Positions 52,066-64,000 of a DNA stretch of 64,000 nt are shown here, in pieces (the first letter of the stretch is position 1; each line of letters opens with the position of its first letter). The DNA is from Eledone cirrhosa (taxonomy: Eukaryota), in assembly GCA_964016885.1 (NCBI GenBank), contig OZ024743.1, positions 359,786,001 through 359,850,000 on the forward strand. Direction: 5' to 3'. The position numbers and the translations under genes were made by a program. A model generated the notes under the pieces. That model was not told where the DNA came from and did not search any database. It saw nothing but the letters and a program-made list of their open reading frames with translations.

Positions 52066-54325
52066 GCAAAAGTTGACAGGGGGCATTGTCAACAACAGAT
52101 GGCAGGGGGCTCTCAAAAGAGATATTAGAGTAACTTCTATAGGGTTCAGCAAAGAAGTAGCGTTACAGAAAAATAGAAAGGAGGGGGAGCTGGTAGATAA
52201 CTTAGACGAGGCTATTTGTAGTGGCATTGCAACAGACGTGCTAGCGGCGAGAATGGCATTAGACCATTTCTACAATGCGAAACACGAAGGGTACATTGTC
52301 AGAGCTAAGGCGCGTGCTGTGAGAAACGAAGGAACCAAAGCTGTTCGATTGGCCCGCGTGACGGAGGCGCAGCGTGGTAATAAAACCACAATTCAGTCAT
52401 TGGCAGACCGAGACGGACACGAGATAAACGATTCCAGGTGGATGTGGGAGGCCTTTCGCCAGCACTTTGCTCGGTTGTACGAGGAGAGTGACGGGTCAGA
52501 GACAGTAGCGGACTTCAGTCCCTGCCTTGACGGCTTGCCGCGCATCTCGACGGACGATGCTAAGCGCTGCGAAAGGCAGATTACTTCAACCGAAATTTAG
52601 GACGCCCTTCTCAGCTGCATGAGCGCAAGTCCCCCGGTTTGGATGGCCTGCCATACGTAAATATGCCGGACTTGTTCTCCGATCTCCTCGAAGCGCTCTA
52701 CTGCAACTGGCAGCAGAATGGGAGTATTCCCAGTTCTGTGAGCAGGGGAGTTATGACGCTGATAAGGAAAGACGAGAACAAGAGGGACACATTAGACAAC
52801 TTCAGGCCCATAACTCTGCTCAACACAGAGTTTAAGATTTTGGCCAACGTGTTAGCAAAGAGATTGGCGCTTGTCGTCGAGGATTTGGTTGGGGAGGCGC
52901 TAAACTGCGCAATCCAAGCCAAGTCTATACATGACAACCTCCACCTCATGCGATACATCATAGAGAGGGTAGGGTGTAAACATGGCTTCAGTGGGGCACT
53001 GGTCAATTTAGATCAATCGAAAGTATTCGATAGGGTCACCATCGGTATCTGGAGGCTCTCCTCAAAGCAGCTGGCTTCGCCCCTTTCTTAAGAAGCTGGA
53101 TCGCTACAATGCACAGCGGCACCTGCTCGGTGGTCAAGTCTAATGGTCACCTCTGGGAACCGTTTCGGTTCAGCCGATCGGTCCGTCAAAGATGCCCTCT
53201 CGCTTCCCTTCTGTACGTATTGACTCTCGAGCCTTTACTGCCGAAGCTGGAGCTGTTTCAGGGCATCCCGCTCGAACCGGGACGCAGAAAGGCTGCGTCG
53301 GCTTATGCGGACGACATCACTGTGATGGCGTCGGAATCCTCGGAATTCGAGGTGGTCGGCACCTTATTGAAGGAATATGAAAGGTTGACAGGAGCAAAAC
53401 TTAACCCGGAAAATTCGGTGGGCTTGCAGCTCGACACCTGGTGAGGCAAGTCCATGCCGTCCAAAAGCGTCGCGGGGCGCTGGACGGACGGACCAGTAAA
53501 GTTGCTCGGGGTTTGGTTCGGACCAGACCTCCAGGTGGAAACAATTGGGACGAGGTAACGAGCAGGGTAGCCAGTCTCACCCAAAACTGGGCTGCGAGGA
53601 AGCTATCACTGAAAGGTCGCGCGGAAGTGGCGAATGCGTATATCATGTTCCTCATCTACTACCGCCTGACCGTCATGCCTTGCCGCCCGTCCGTGCCTCT
53701 CCATGTTGGAACGGCTCCTCTTCAAATTCTTGTGGCGAGGACAAGTCCCGTTGGTGAGGCGGTCCATCTTCTGCTAGCACCCACTATACGCAGCTCGTTT
53801 CTTTGACTTAGCTGCAGTCTTAGGTCAAGAAGAGACCAAGACTGGGTGATTGGCACCTGGAATCTTGCCAGGCACTCACTGCACTCTACCAAGCGGGCAA
53901 TGCAATCAGTGGAACTTTCACTCTCGAGTTCTATAGAATGATTAGTGGTGGGAAAGTGCCATGATGCACTCGCAGAAGGTTTGGGCCTCGACGAAGTCGA
54001 ATTGACCAGGCTGTTCCGGAGGACGTTTGAGCCGGGGACGATGGGCAATTTCCAGAAATCCCTCGCTTGGCAGTGCTACCGGGATGCACTGCCGGTTCGG
54101 GATACATTCTACAGGCACAGAAGTGCTGTCAGACGGACCGACCCGAGATGCGCACAGAGAGACGAAACCGTTCTGGACGCACTTGTCCAATGTCCCTGCA
54201 TTACTGACTTGTGGAGTTATGTCGAACAGAAATTGTCGCGTGTTAAACGGATCCGGCTATCAGCAGAGTCCATAATGAAGATCGACCCGCCGCTTTCCTT
54301 TGGCCAGGAAGAAAAGGCAATTTGT
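52066..54325 (+). mobile_element. 5'- and 3'-truncated decayed Tx1/L1-clade LINE ORF2 (related subfamily)
   Basis: FRPITLLN, LDQSKVFDRV, AYADDI and FQKSLAWQCYR, colinear with 12135-14530. Confidence 0.9.
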
Positions 54326-54560
54326 GCCACGTACTAAATTTTACTGTATCACTTGAATACATAGCTTCCACAAAATATGATTTTCTTCTATAAGAAGTTT
54401 TAATTACAACGAATATTACTCGTCATCCGTTAAAGGTACACTAACATTCATTTATATAAAAAGAAACATTCTACTCTGCTAAAAATAAATCCAATTAATC
54501 AGAAAACACTATGTCTAGATCTCGTGGTCATATTCCAAATAACTATCAAAATCTCACCGA

Positions 54561-54630
<70 letters not shown>

Positions 54631-54931
54631 AAAATTAGCACTTAACTATGAACTACCCACAATTTCTAATCTCTCGAGAAGTTACTTAATAATGTCTTCT
54701 TTGTGAATTCTGTTGTCTTGTTTTGCTTAACTAATGAATATATATATATATATTGGTAAACAGAATAGAAAATGGTGACAAATTGTTCAAAGTGAAAAAT
54801 AGTTTAATTAGGAATAAGTGAGAATTAGTATTGGTATTCGTTAGTGTTAAGTTTTGGTTTTAAGTTTTACCGGTTGCGCATTTCTAATGCTTTTCAAAAA
54901 TAATTTTGAGATAGAGCGTCCGTGATGTTTG

Positions 54932-54989
<58 letters not shown>

Positions 54990-55084
54990 TAAAGGTTTAC
55001 ATATACATAAAGTCATAGATATATATGTTGCAACCGGTCACTTTGTGGCTCTATGAAAAATTAATAAATTAAATAATCAGAGCA

Positions 55085-55815
55085 ATATATCATAAATCAT
55101 GTCCTTAGAATTATTAGATAAAATATATACCATTTCCTCTCCCAATTAGCATAATTAACCATATAAAAAATCAATTAGACCATGCTATAAGAATAAAGGC
55201 TTTTATGAAGAAATTTCCGAACGAATAACCGAACGTGGCCTCTTCGCGGTGGCCCCAATAGAGTATTTATCCAAAATGTTAACAGCATGTAGAAACTGAC
55301 TAAATATACCGTCAACCATACACAATTAGGTACAAATTCAAACTCAGACGAAATGTGTACATACCGTAATTATATCTCTACCATGGTTTCATCCATATTT
55401 TTAGACATCCAATTAATAGGATATGTCCGGAAAACTAAATGTCTAATTTTGAGTTTGTCTCCTGATGAATCCGATACTCCGGACATATCATATTAATTGG
55501 ATGTCTAAAAATATGGATGAAACCATGGTAGAGATATAATTACGGTATGTACACATTTCTTCTGAGTTTGAATTTGCATCTAATTGTGTATGGTTGGCGG
55601 TATATTTAGTCAGTTTCTACATGCTGTTAACATTTTGGATAAATACTCTATTGGGGCCACCGCGAAGAGGCCACTTTCGGTTATTTGTCGGAAATTTCTT
55701 CATAAGAGCCTTTATTCTCATAGCTTGGTCTAATTGATTTTTTATATGGTTAATTATGCTAATTGGGAGAGGAAATGGTATATATTTTATCTAATAATTC
55801 TAAGGACATGATTTA

Positions 55816-55823
<8 letters not shown>
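55085..55823. mobile_element. ~740-bp palindrome (arms ~347 bp, spacer 55432-55477) containing a canonical hammerhead ribozyme; probable inverted pLTR pair of another PLE family
   Basis: 55085-55431 is the reverse complement of 55478-55823 with scattered mismatches. The right arm runs into (TA)n. Confidence 0.88.
55456..55536 (+). ncRNA. Canonical type I hammerhead ribozyme motif
   Basis: tgtctc-CTGATGA(55462-55468)-atcc...ggat-GAAA(55519-55522)-ccatg-GTA(55528-55530)-gagata. All three stems can pair; stem III is palindromic (ACCATGGT). Confidence 0.8.
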
Positions 55824-55871
<48 letters not shown>

Positions 55872-55893
55872 ATATGTAAATATATATATATAT

Positions 55894-56708
55894 ACGTGGT
55901 AACAGATTACTGTTATAGGTAGTCCACTTAAGTGTAGTCCAGTTATGGTACTCCGGGTAGTGCATGATATCAACGCTTGGCTAAGTTTGACTCAACAAGG
56001 CGTTTCCATAGTGATGTTGCGAGTATGCTATAATTCCTATGTTGTAAACACTTGGAGTAATGATAAATCAGGAAAGAAGAGTGACACGGTTTGCTATACA
56101 GAAAAGATTTTTAATCTCATTGCTGACAATTGTTTCTCTGAACTGGTAGGTCTAGAGATTGCTACCCGCTTGTTTTCACGTTATTCGATCACCAATACAA
56201 AGTTATAACCAGTCAATTCATCGGAGCTTGTGAGAATGAAAGGAATATAGAGGCATGGCTACTATATATAGTAGTAATGGCATTCAATCAGAACAATAAC
56301 AACAATACTAACAATGCTAAATAATCACAACCTCAATCTAGGTGGGATATATAGTATATCTACAATTTTAGCGTGTAAAACTAGTTGACATGAGGCAGAT
56401 GTATAAAATTGACATGTAAAAGCTGTCAAGGGGTGTATTATATATAGTGTAAAGATAAGCCGGTGGCTTTAAACAATGTAGGTCTGGTGTCCGTAAGAAT
56501 CATTTATTATCTGACAGATGAAAAATTTATCACTGTAGTGAGGGTAGTAATATTTGTGGTGTTAGGTTCAATATTTGTGTAGTCTATATTAGATGAAAGG
56601 GTTGTCTAGCTTTCTCATCATCAATAACATACATGTATAAGACAACATTAACAGAGTAAGAATATAATAGGCAAGTTAATACAGAGGTTAAGGAGGCAAT
56701 ATATATAT

Positions 56709-56803
<95 letters not shown>

Positions 56804-57555
56804 AAGAGAAAACATGTTGACTACAATTATAACAGGAGGAAGGTAAAGTTCTGCTGTAGTAGTATTTTGAAATGTTCTTGGATTTAGGTTCATTTGTTGA
56901 GAGTCAAGGGTGAGGGAGTAGTGTTGACAGCAGCTGAGAAGAGATATATTTATGGGTTGATAAGGTACTTACAGACATTGGTGTGGTATAGAATTAAGAA
57001 GGCTAGAATGTACTTAATGATTATATTTCTGTGGTGGTTCGTGCAGTATAGTTGGTATCCTAAGTTGAAAGCTAAGTTACCTCGGTCGATTCAAGGAGGC
57101 TTAAATCTTGTGAATTTAGTGGCGATCCTATGTCTGCAGAAGATTGATCTTTCTAACTTGTTGTTTAGTAGCCTTTTTACATTTCTAAGGATATATAGTA
57201 ATTCTAGATCACAGAGCCTACAGTGAGACATACTGGTACTGTAGGTCTTTGCGGCCGACAACCTCGACCAGTTGATACTGTAGTTGGTGTTATTGTCCTT
57301 AAGTTCCCAGATTTTTTTGACGAGGGTTGTAGAACCCATAAGTGCACGGTTTTTCATCGAGTGTCTGTGGACATACCATCTTTTTTTAAAAGTACCCGCG
57401 GTGGATCCAATGTAATGCCAAGTGAAGTTGTCTGAGTTGACCGTACACATGTACACTAGGCTCGAATCAAGGCATCTATTCGTCAATGGGCACCTATCCG
57501 GTAGGTGACAGTTACAGTTTGAGGTGTTATTTCGTGCAACTTCCACACTGTTGTT
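55894..57555 (-). mobile_element. 5'-truncated second copy of the Naiad-like PLE (GIY-YIG C-terminus, 3' UTR, complete pLTR with CCGATGA hammerhead motif)
   Basis: ORF 57091-57591 is nearly identical to the C-terminus of 2810-4258. pLTR 55894-56390 matches 5265-5545 / 1875-2230. Ends at (TA)n. Confidence 0.92.
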
Positions 57556-57562
57556 TTGTACA

Positions 57563-57705
57563 CTGCTATAAGGAAATAAACTAATATACATTGCTATAAG
57601 GAAATAAACTAATATATATATACTCTGCTATACGGAAATAAACTAATATATATATATACACTGCTATAAGGAAATAAACTAATATACGCTGCTATACGGA
57701 AAAAA
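57563..57705. repeat. Five tandem ~28-36-bp units (ctgctata(a/c)ggaaataaactaata(ta)n)
   Basis: Units start at ~57563, 57592, 57625, 57661 and 57689. Confidence 0.9.
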
Positions 57706-57884
57706 TTCGTGGCTATGTCGTCGTATAACTCGCGATTTACACGACGGCATAACCAGGCAGTACTACGAAATTCGATCATGGAACTTTGAATATAGTTTGT
57801 TAGTATGTAATTAAAATAAATATTATTATTCAAGATTTATGTAAACGTGAAAGATAGTAATTTTTAGTTTAGATAATTGAAATA

Positions 57885-58101
57885 ATCTTTTCTACTTTTG
57901 GCACAAGGCCAGCAATTACCCAGTACATTGAAATAATTGTTTCTACCTTTGGCACAAGGCCAGCAATTAACCAGTACATTACTGGTACTTTATTTTATCG
58001 ACCCCGTAAGGATGAAAGGCAAAGTTGACCTCGGCGGGATTTGAACTCAGAATGGAAAGGGCCGTAATTCTATGCGTCAAAGCATGACGTCCGACCCTCT
58101 A
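57885..58101 (-). mobile_element. MetaSINE-like copy with duplicated 3' tail
   Basis: Same family. Tail 'ggcacaaggccagcaatta' occurs twice (57901, 57951). Confidence 0.87.
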
Positions 58102-60599
58102 CAAATGTTACGTGAAGATTCATCGTTAGGGGAGTTATAAAGAGAGAATATTAACAGATATTGAGTAAACCGTACACACACATACCTATGGGCATAAATA
58201 TATATATTTATATACATAGACACACACACATATATATACGACTGTCTATATATATAAAGCGTTCTGATCTATGTATATATATATATGTGTGCGTGTGTGT
58301 GTGTTTGTGCGTGTGAAGTCATTTAGATGTGATGTTGGGAAAATATTGTTGCATAAATATAGCTCTTTTACTTTATCATTCTGCTATAAATACTTGGAGA
58401 CAATCTTTAAATATCCTACATACAGTATAGCCATGTCACTGCTCAGTTTTGAAAACACCTCATTCATTTTCGTTTCCTATTCTCCCTACCCTTACCAGTT
58501 AATCTATGAATCTCTTGACAATATATGATTTTCTTGTTAATTACATTATTTTGGTGCATGTTTAAATGAAGAAGATTGGCACGTACTGCTCGAAAGTTTC
58601 TGTCTGAGTGCGAAAGTGTAATTTATTTTCAATCGATATTTTGTCCAGTACTCTATCTTTCAGATTCAGAACTTTGAACGAACACGTGTTTCTACAATTT
58701 CATGACAGATCTATTATTTTGCCGTTGCTTCGCAGAAGAATTTCAGACATTCCAAATTACCGTAACTAAGCTGTGATAGGTAATATGTCTCTTTAATAAT
58801 ATCATTAAATCAATCAACTCAAGGAAAGTTTCCAACTGAAACAATATTCTCCTTCAATATGGTATCTGTTCTTTTCACTCTGTTATATCATTACCCATTA
58901 CTGGCGAACAACCGCACAAACATAACATTAACGATGCCATATTTTACCTCCAGGCATTCCGTGTAACCTTCGCTACAACATAAAGCATACTAAATTCATT
59001 AAACGTTCATTTCTGTGTTATATACGAGTATCTGAACTGCTAGCCTCAGACCAACTAAAATAACGTACTGTATTTTTATTTCATTTACTCTCATGTTTAT
59101 CTCCATTATATAGTCGTCTGCTTCACTATAAGCGTATTAGAATCCATCATAGCATCACGATTTTATACTCAAGAAAAATGTTTACAAGGTATTCATATAT
59201 CTGCCTTTATCTCTATCGAATTACTAACAGTCGTTTCTCTGTTTTCTTGCATTAAATGATTGCCCTAGTCCAGGTAAGTAGGATCTCGGACTATGTGCAG
59301 ACAAATAGTTTTTTTTTGAAATCCTGCTATTAACGTATTGTAAATTATTTTAAACAATAGTTTCTGGCATTAAGTCATTCCCCAAAGATTAAATGGTTTA
59401 ATAAATCTAGTACCAACATCTTTAATACTATGCTATATTCAGTTATTGAATTATTTTATGTAAGTTTAGGAAATATACTCGAATCTTTTGCATAGAGACC
59501 GAATAAAACTAGCTATTCCGTCTTTTCTAAATATTCTTTCATGAAGTTGTAGATAACAAAATAAAACATTGCATTCAATAAGATGTCGTACGCTGTAAAG
59601 TCAATCGATCCCTTTCATTTTCTCTTATATTAATTCTGTCACAAGTTAGGAAAATACTTTTATGATTTATCATATTTGTAATTCTTTAAATTTAAAATAA
59701 ATAGTTTTACATTTTTAGTTCTTTTGTTGCTTGAAATATATAACATCGTGACAATCATAATTCTAATATGCAGCTCAAGAACTTTCGTGCATTACAACAG
59801 CTTGTTTTAGTTTTGCTTTTAAATTTCTATTGTCATTGCTGCTAGTTCTTTCATTCACGCTGGATCCACTTAAGTTGATGAATTCGCAAAATGGCAAAGT
59901 ATCATGGCTGTAACAAACAATCATCTTAATTGTTAATCGTGGAAGAAACAAATAAAAAATTTTAAAAATTAATTTGTTTCCTTCACAACATAATAGATTT
60001 CAGTTTATTGTTTTTGTGTCTTAATATAATTAAAAACATCAAAATAGTTAAATATATTGTTTTGTATTACTTATATATTTTAATTTGGTAATATTAATAT
60101 TTTCTTATGTGTTACATTTTGTAACACCTACGAATTAGACAACTACGTACATATCTGATTTATGTTCCATTACATGTTCTATCCATTCAAAATTTTATAA
60201 ACATAAATAGTGTATTCATTTAGGAGTGAATTATAATTATTCAAATTACTGAAAAATGTATTCATTTGCTTAAAATATTACCGAATGGTAATCTTTATAA
60301 TGATTTGAAATAAAAGTCTATATAATCTAACAAATGTATAATGAATTTCAATTTTAATTGTAAGATTTTCGAAAGCAACTGTTATCAAGTATATTTACAC
60401 ATCTTAAACATTTTAATATTTTCCACATATGTCAACAGAGTAAATCGAGATTATTGTTCTGATAATAATAATGATTTGAAACCTGGAGTTCTCATAGTTT
60501 CAAAGCAAGGAAAAGCGAACAACGGATGATATAGGAATCTAATGAACTCGTAGCAGGGAAGCATATTTCGTTAGTAATTTCATTCAATCGACAGAGACC

Positions 60600-61250
60600 T
60601 TACTGAAAATACTATTTTCCAACAATGACGTTAGTTTTTATATTAACTGCACAAATGGAAATGCCACTTTTAATTATTTTTATAACAAATAAAAGAAGTG
60701 TTGCAGAGAGTTCTGGTGACCATATTATCTTTACTCTCATCAGATATTTATTCCTGGTCCTCTCCGTAATCTTGGGTTCATCATATTGGACATTCTTGTC
60801 CGGTCCAAGATATCTGTAGATGTCACTTAACTGTAGAAGTTGTATCGTCAAACTTCAGTTTTAAATATCCAAGGAGGGCAACACGTTTCGCATGAATACC
60901 CATAAGTATTTTAGGAGATTGGGTGAGTAATGACATTTGATAGCCGTTGGGGTAGTTCTTGGGTGCTTTTGGTACTTTTGGCATACATTCGTACGAGCTC
61001 TTGCTAATAAAAATTGAAATTCGTAAGCCAGTAACCTGTTTTGTGGTCTAGGCCTTAGGTCTTACTGTTTGAAATTCTCTGTAGGATTTTTTTCAGTATT
61101 GCGCCGTTTACTTCCAATTGGTTTTGTTGAACATCCTGGCAGTAACCTGCTTTAGTTTTTCGAGCTTTGTAACGGGCATGTTGAACTTGTTGTTTGTTTT
61201 CCATGCTATCTGAAGTAAATCAGATATGAATATGCCAAATATTTGTGTTT
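60600..61250 (-). mobile_element. Decayed R4/Dong-like LINE RT fragment
   Basis: YRYLG..KYLMRVKIIWSPELSA resembles the R4-clade post-RT motif (YKYLG..Y..R...I..SEL). Confidence 0.55.
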
Positions 61251-62235
61251 TACATATCTGTCTGCTTGTAAGTCTTTCACTATTTATCTGTTAGCCTGTC
61301 TTTCTGGTTGACTATATCTCTTACGAGAGATATGGTTATAAGTAAATAATTCATTTAATGTATTATTTATGTATAATATGTAATAACTTTTGTTTGTTTG
61401 TGACGTGAAGTGGCTTACGAAATTGTTTGAATGTAACGATTTAACACATACTAAAACTCGTAGTTCGCTACCAAGCTTGTAGAGTGGTTGAGTTTCTAGT
61501 TGAGATGTTGTTGGCGTTAGCATTGATGATAACGTTTACATTGGTGGTGCCGATGGTGGTGATGGAGCTGGTGGTACTAGTTGTCATAGTGGGGGTGATG
61601 TGGTATTGAGAGTTGTGATGGCGGTGATGGTGATAGTAATAGTAGTAGATTTGGTGATGGTTGTGAGTTGTCGGAGTTAGTGTTGGCGATAGTATTCATA
61701 GTGATGTTTGAGCTATTGTTGTTGGTTATGATAGTGATGAAATTGGTGACGGTAGAGGTGGCAGTGGTAGTAGTAGCCATAACGATGGAGGTCATGGTGG
61801 TGGTGTACAGAATGTCAATAGAAAGAGAATATTGCGGATACGTTTAAATTTCCGGTTCCATTTTCTGACTATAAACACTAAATTTACTGTAACAAGCAAG
61901 ACGGGGAACAATGAATAAATTTAATGATATTAAATCTATAAATTTCGCCATATAGGATGAATAAAACTTACAAATCACACGTAAGGAAGGAGAAAAAAAA
62001 TCAATAGATTAGAAAATGTCCTCTTATGAAGGCGATTCAATCGGACAATGGACACTCAGCTACTGGTGGTGGCAAGGTCTAAATCAGTGATCTAATATCT
62101 GATCAGTAAATTCTAATTTTCAACATTATCAGCATTTAATACGTATCTAGAATATTACATATATATATTATACATACACACACACATAGACACACAAACA
62201 CCCCCCCACACACACACACACACATACACACATAT

Positions 62236-62285
<50 letters not shown>

Positions 62286-62481
62286 TATATATATATATTT
62301 ATATATGCATAAAATATTCTAGACGTGAATTACTCTACATTATATATCAAATATACATGTTCATAATCATATATATATAAAATATATATTTGTCTCTCTC
62401 TCTCTCTCTCTGTCTCTCTGTCTCTCTCAGTCTCTCTCTCTCTCACTTACTCTCTCTCCCACTCTCTCTCTCTCTCTCTCT

Positions 62482-62520
<39 letters not shown>

Positions 62521-62859
62521 AGGTCACTTTTGAGTCCTACTGGTAACAAGTAAACCACTACAACCTGTCGCATGGTCGAGTCTTCGGCGACTAAACTGGC
62601 AAGCCCACCAAGTTTACTTGGTGAGGAGGTGATTTTGGACACTCTGCAGGACAAAAAACAAAACCTGACAAAGGGCGGAAGAACTCATAAGAGGCGACGG
62701 CCATCCAAAAATGTGTAAATATGTATATACACATGTACATATGTTTGTGTATGTATATGCGTGTGTATATGCCTGGGGTGTCAGGGAGGGGCATGTACCT
62801 CTGTAGGGAGGGCTAGCCATGCCCTTTTCAGGACAGCTCATCCTGCATTGGATTCCACC

Positions 62860-63490
62860 TGACACTCAGCTCTCACCCGTGGCCCCAAGAAGCTGTAGCA
62901 TGCGACAGTGGCCACACCCCGGTAAATCGCCTTGGCTGGCGGGGCGAACCAGGTTGCGGGTAGCCGGACGGATCTGAAACCCCACGGTGAGTTAGATAGG
63001 GGATGCCTGCCCCTGCATGCGAAGACTGGACCCGGCGGAGTGAGTGGTGGAGGACAGCATCGTCCCAACGGTCACAAAGGCGGCGACAGCAAGCGGTGTG
63101 GAGCGCTAGGGCACGGCAAGGCACTACAGACGTCGTGGCTATCCACTGCAGCCAAGGAAGTCCCTGGTCGTGACGGTCCTCCGTACCACCGGATTCTGGC
63201 TTCTGCGGTCAAGTAAGTGGGACCGTCACTGTGCACTTGCCCTCCCACTATAAACCTTTCCCGCACAGGTTTATTTAGCGTGCACTCCCAATACTCTGCG
63301 GCGATGGGCGAGAGGTGGAGGTAACAGGTGGAGATAAATTCTGGGAGTTGCCAGTCTGACTCCGGTCTCTTCCCCTTCCCCCACTGTCCCAGGACCTGCA
63401 AGTCAAGGGTCGGCCTCCTCATCCACCTTCGTGCCCACGGCAGACGGGAACAACAATAAATAAGATGTCATCATCGTTTACGATGGATAT
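62860..63490 (+). mobile_element. Probable internally deleted RTE (BovB-like) element: GC-rich 5'-UTR-like segment joined to the ORF C-terminus and 3' UTR
   Basis: 63368-63460 translates as LFPFPHCPRTCKSRVGLLIHLRAHGRREQQ*, resembling the RTE C-terminal C2H2 finger. No EN or RT coding sequence between it and the GC-rich leader. Confidence 0.6.
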
Positions 63491-63617
63491 CCAAAATATA
63501 TATATCCTGGGAGTGTAACTTGGTGTTACTGTAGCTTCACCCGGGTGAGCACTCGAGGTTTAGGTTCACTTCAGTGTCGAGGTGTAGAGCTAGACAGAGT
63601 GTATTATAGTGAAATAC

Positions 63618-63804
63618 GATAACAAGGACGATTGGTTACTCCCCCATTACGTTTATTGGTTGGTGACGCGCGTTTCTCCACCGACGAGCCGCGGATTACA
63701 GAGTAAGGTCAGATCGATACAGATCGAACCTTGGGCTGATCGGTGGAAAAAGGCGCGTCACCCACCAATAAACGTAATGGGGAGTAACCAATTGTCCTTA
63801 TTAT

Positions 63805-63805
<1 letters not shown>
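63618..63805. repeat. Palindrome with ~66-bp arms abutting (TA)n
   Basis: 63618-63684 is an imperfect reverse complement of 63740-63805. Contains GAAACGCGCGTC on the minus strand. Confidence 0.88.
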
Positions 63806-63850
<45 letters not shown>

Positions 63851-64000
63851 GGTGTATATATATGTGTGTGTATATATATATAGTATACCTATGTACTATA
63901 AATTCAGGTAGTTTAGCATGACATTACATTGGCTCCACAGCTGGGGAGTTTAAGAAAAGGTGGTACGGTACGTCGATAGAAACTCTATGATTAACAGGAA

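Noticed and set aside
57563-57705. CRISPR-like repeat array
   Set aside because: Eukaryotic context, no unique spacers (only TA runs), no cas genes.
62516-62605. Possible HDV-like ribozyme upstream of the RTE derivative (gtcg..cgac stem followed by TAAA)
   Set aside because: I could not fit P1, P2, P3 and L3 to the nested double pseudoknot by eye. An RNAMotif or Infernal search on a family consensus would be needed.

Overview
This is AT-rich, microsatellite-dense eukaryotic DNA made almost entirely of transposable elements. The SINE, LINE and microsatellite content suggests a coleoid cephalopod such as Octopus (inference). I found no confident host protein-coding gene. Main contents: (1) a near full-length Penelope-like retroelement (PLE) of probable Naiad type (RT + GIY-YIG, minus strand, 1875-6060) with direct and inverted pseudo-LTRs (pLTRs), plus a 5'-truncated copy and a solo pLTR; (2) two full-length Tx1/L1-clade LINEs (9290-14992, 26034-31663), each sitting in a (TATC)n tract, plus three partial relatives; (3) about a dozen tRNA-derived MetaSINE-like copies, CORE-type SINEs, decayed RTE and R4/Dong LINEs, a decayed mariner and a hAT-type MITE. 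The most notable unannotated signal is a set of hammerhead-ribozyme (HHR) motifs from several unrelated sequence families. Many lie in ORF-less palindromes that abut (TA)n tracts, and the Naiad pLTR carries a variant core (CCGANGA, ~80-nt stem II). All calls were made by eye and no database searches were run.
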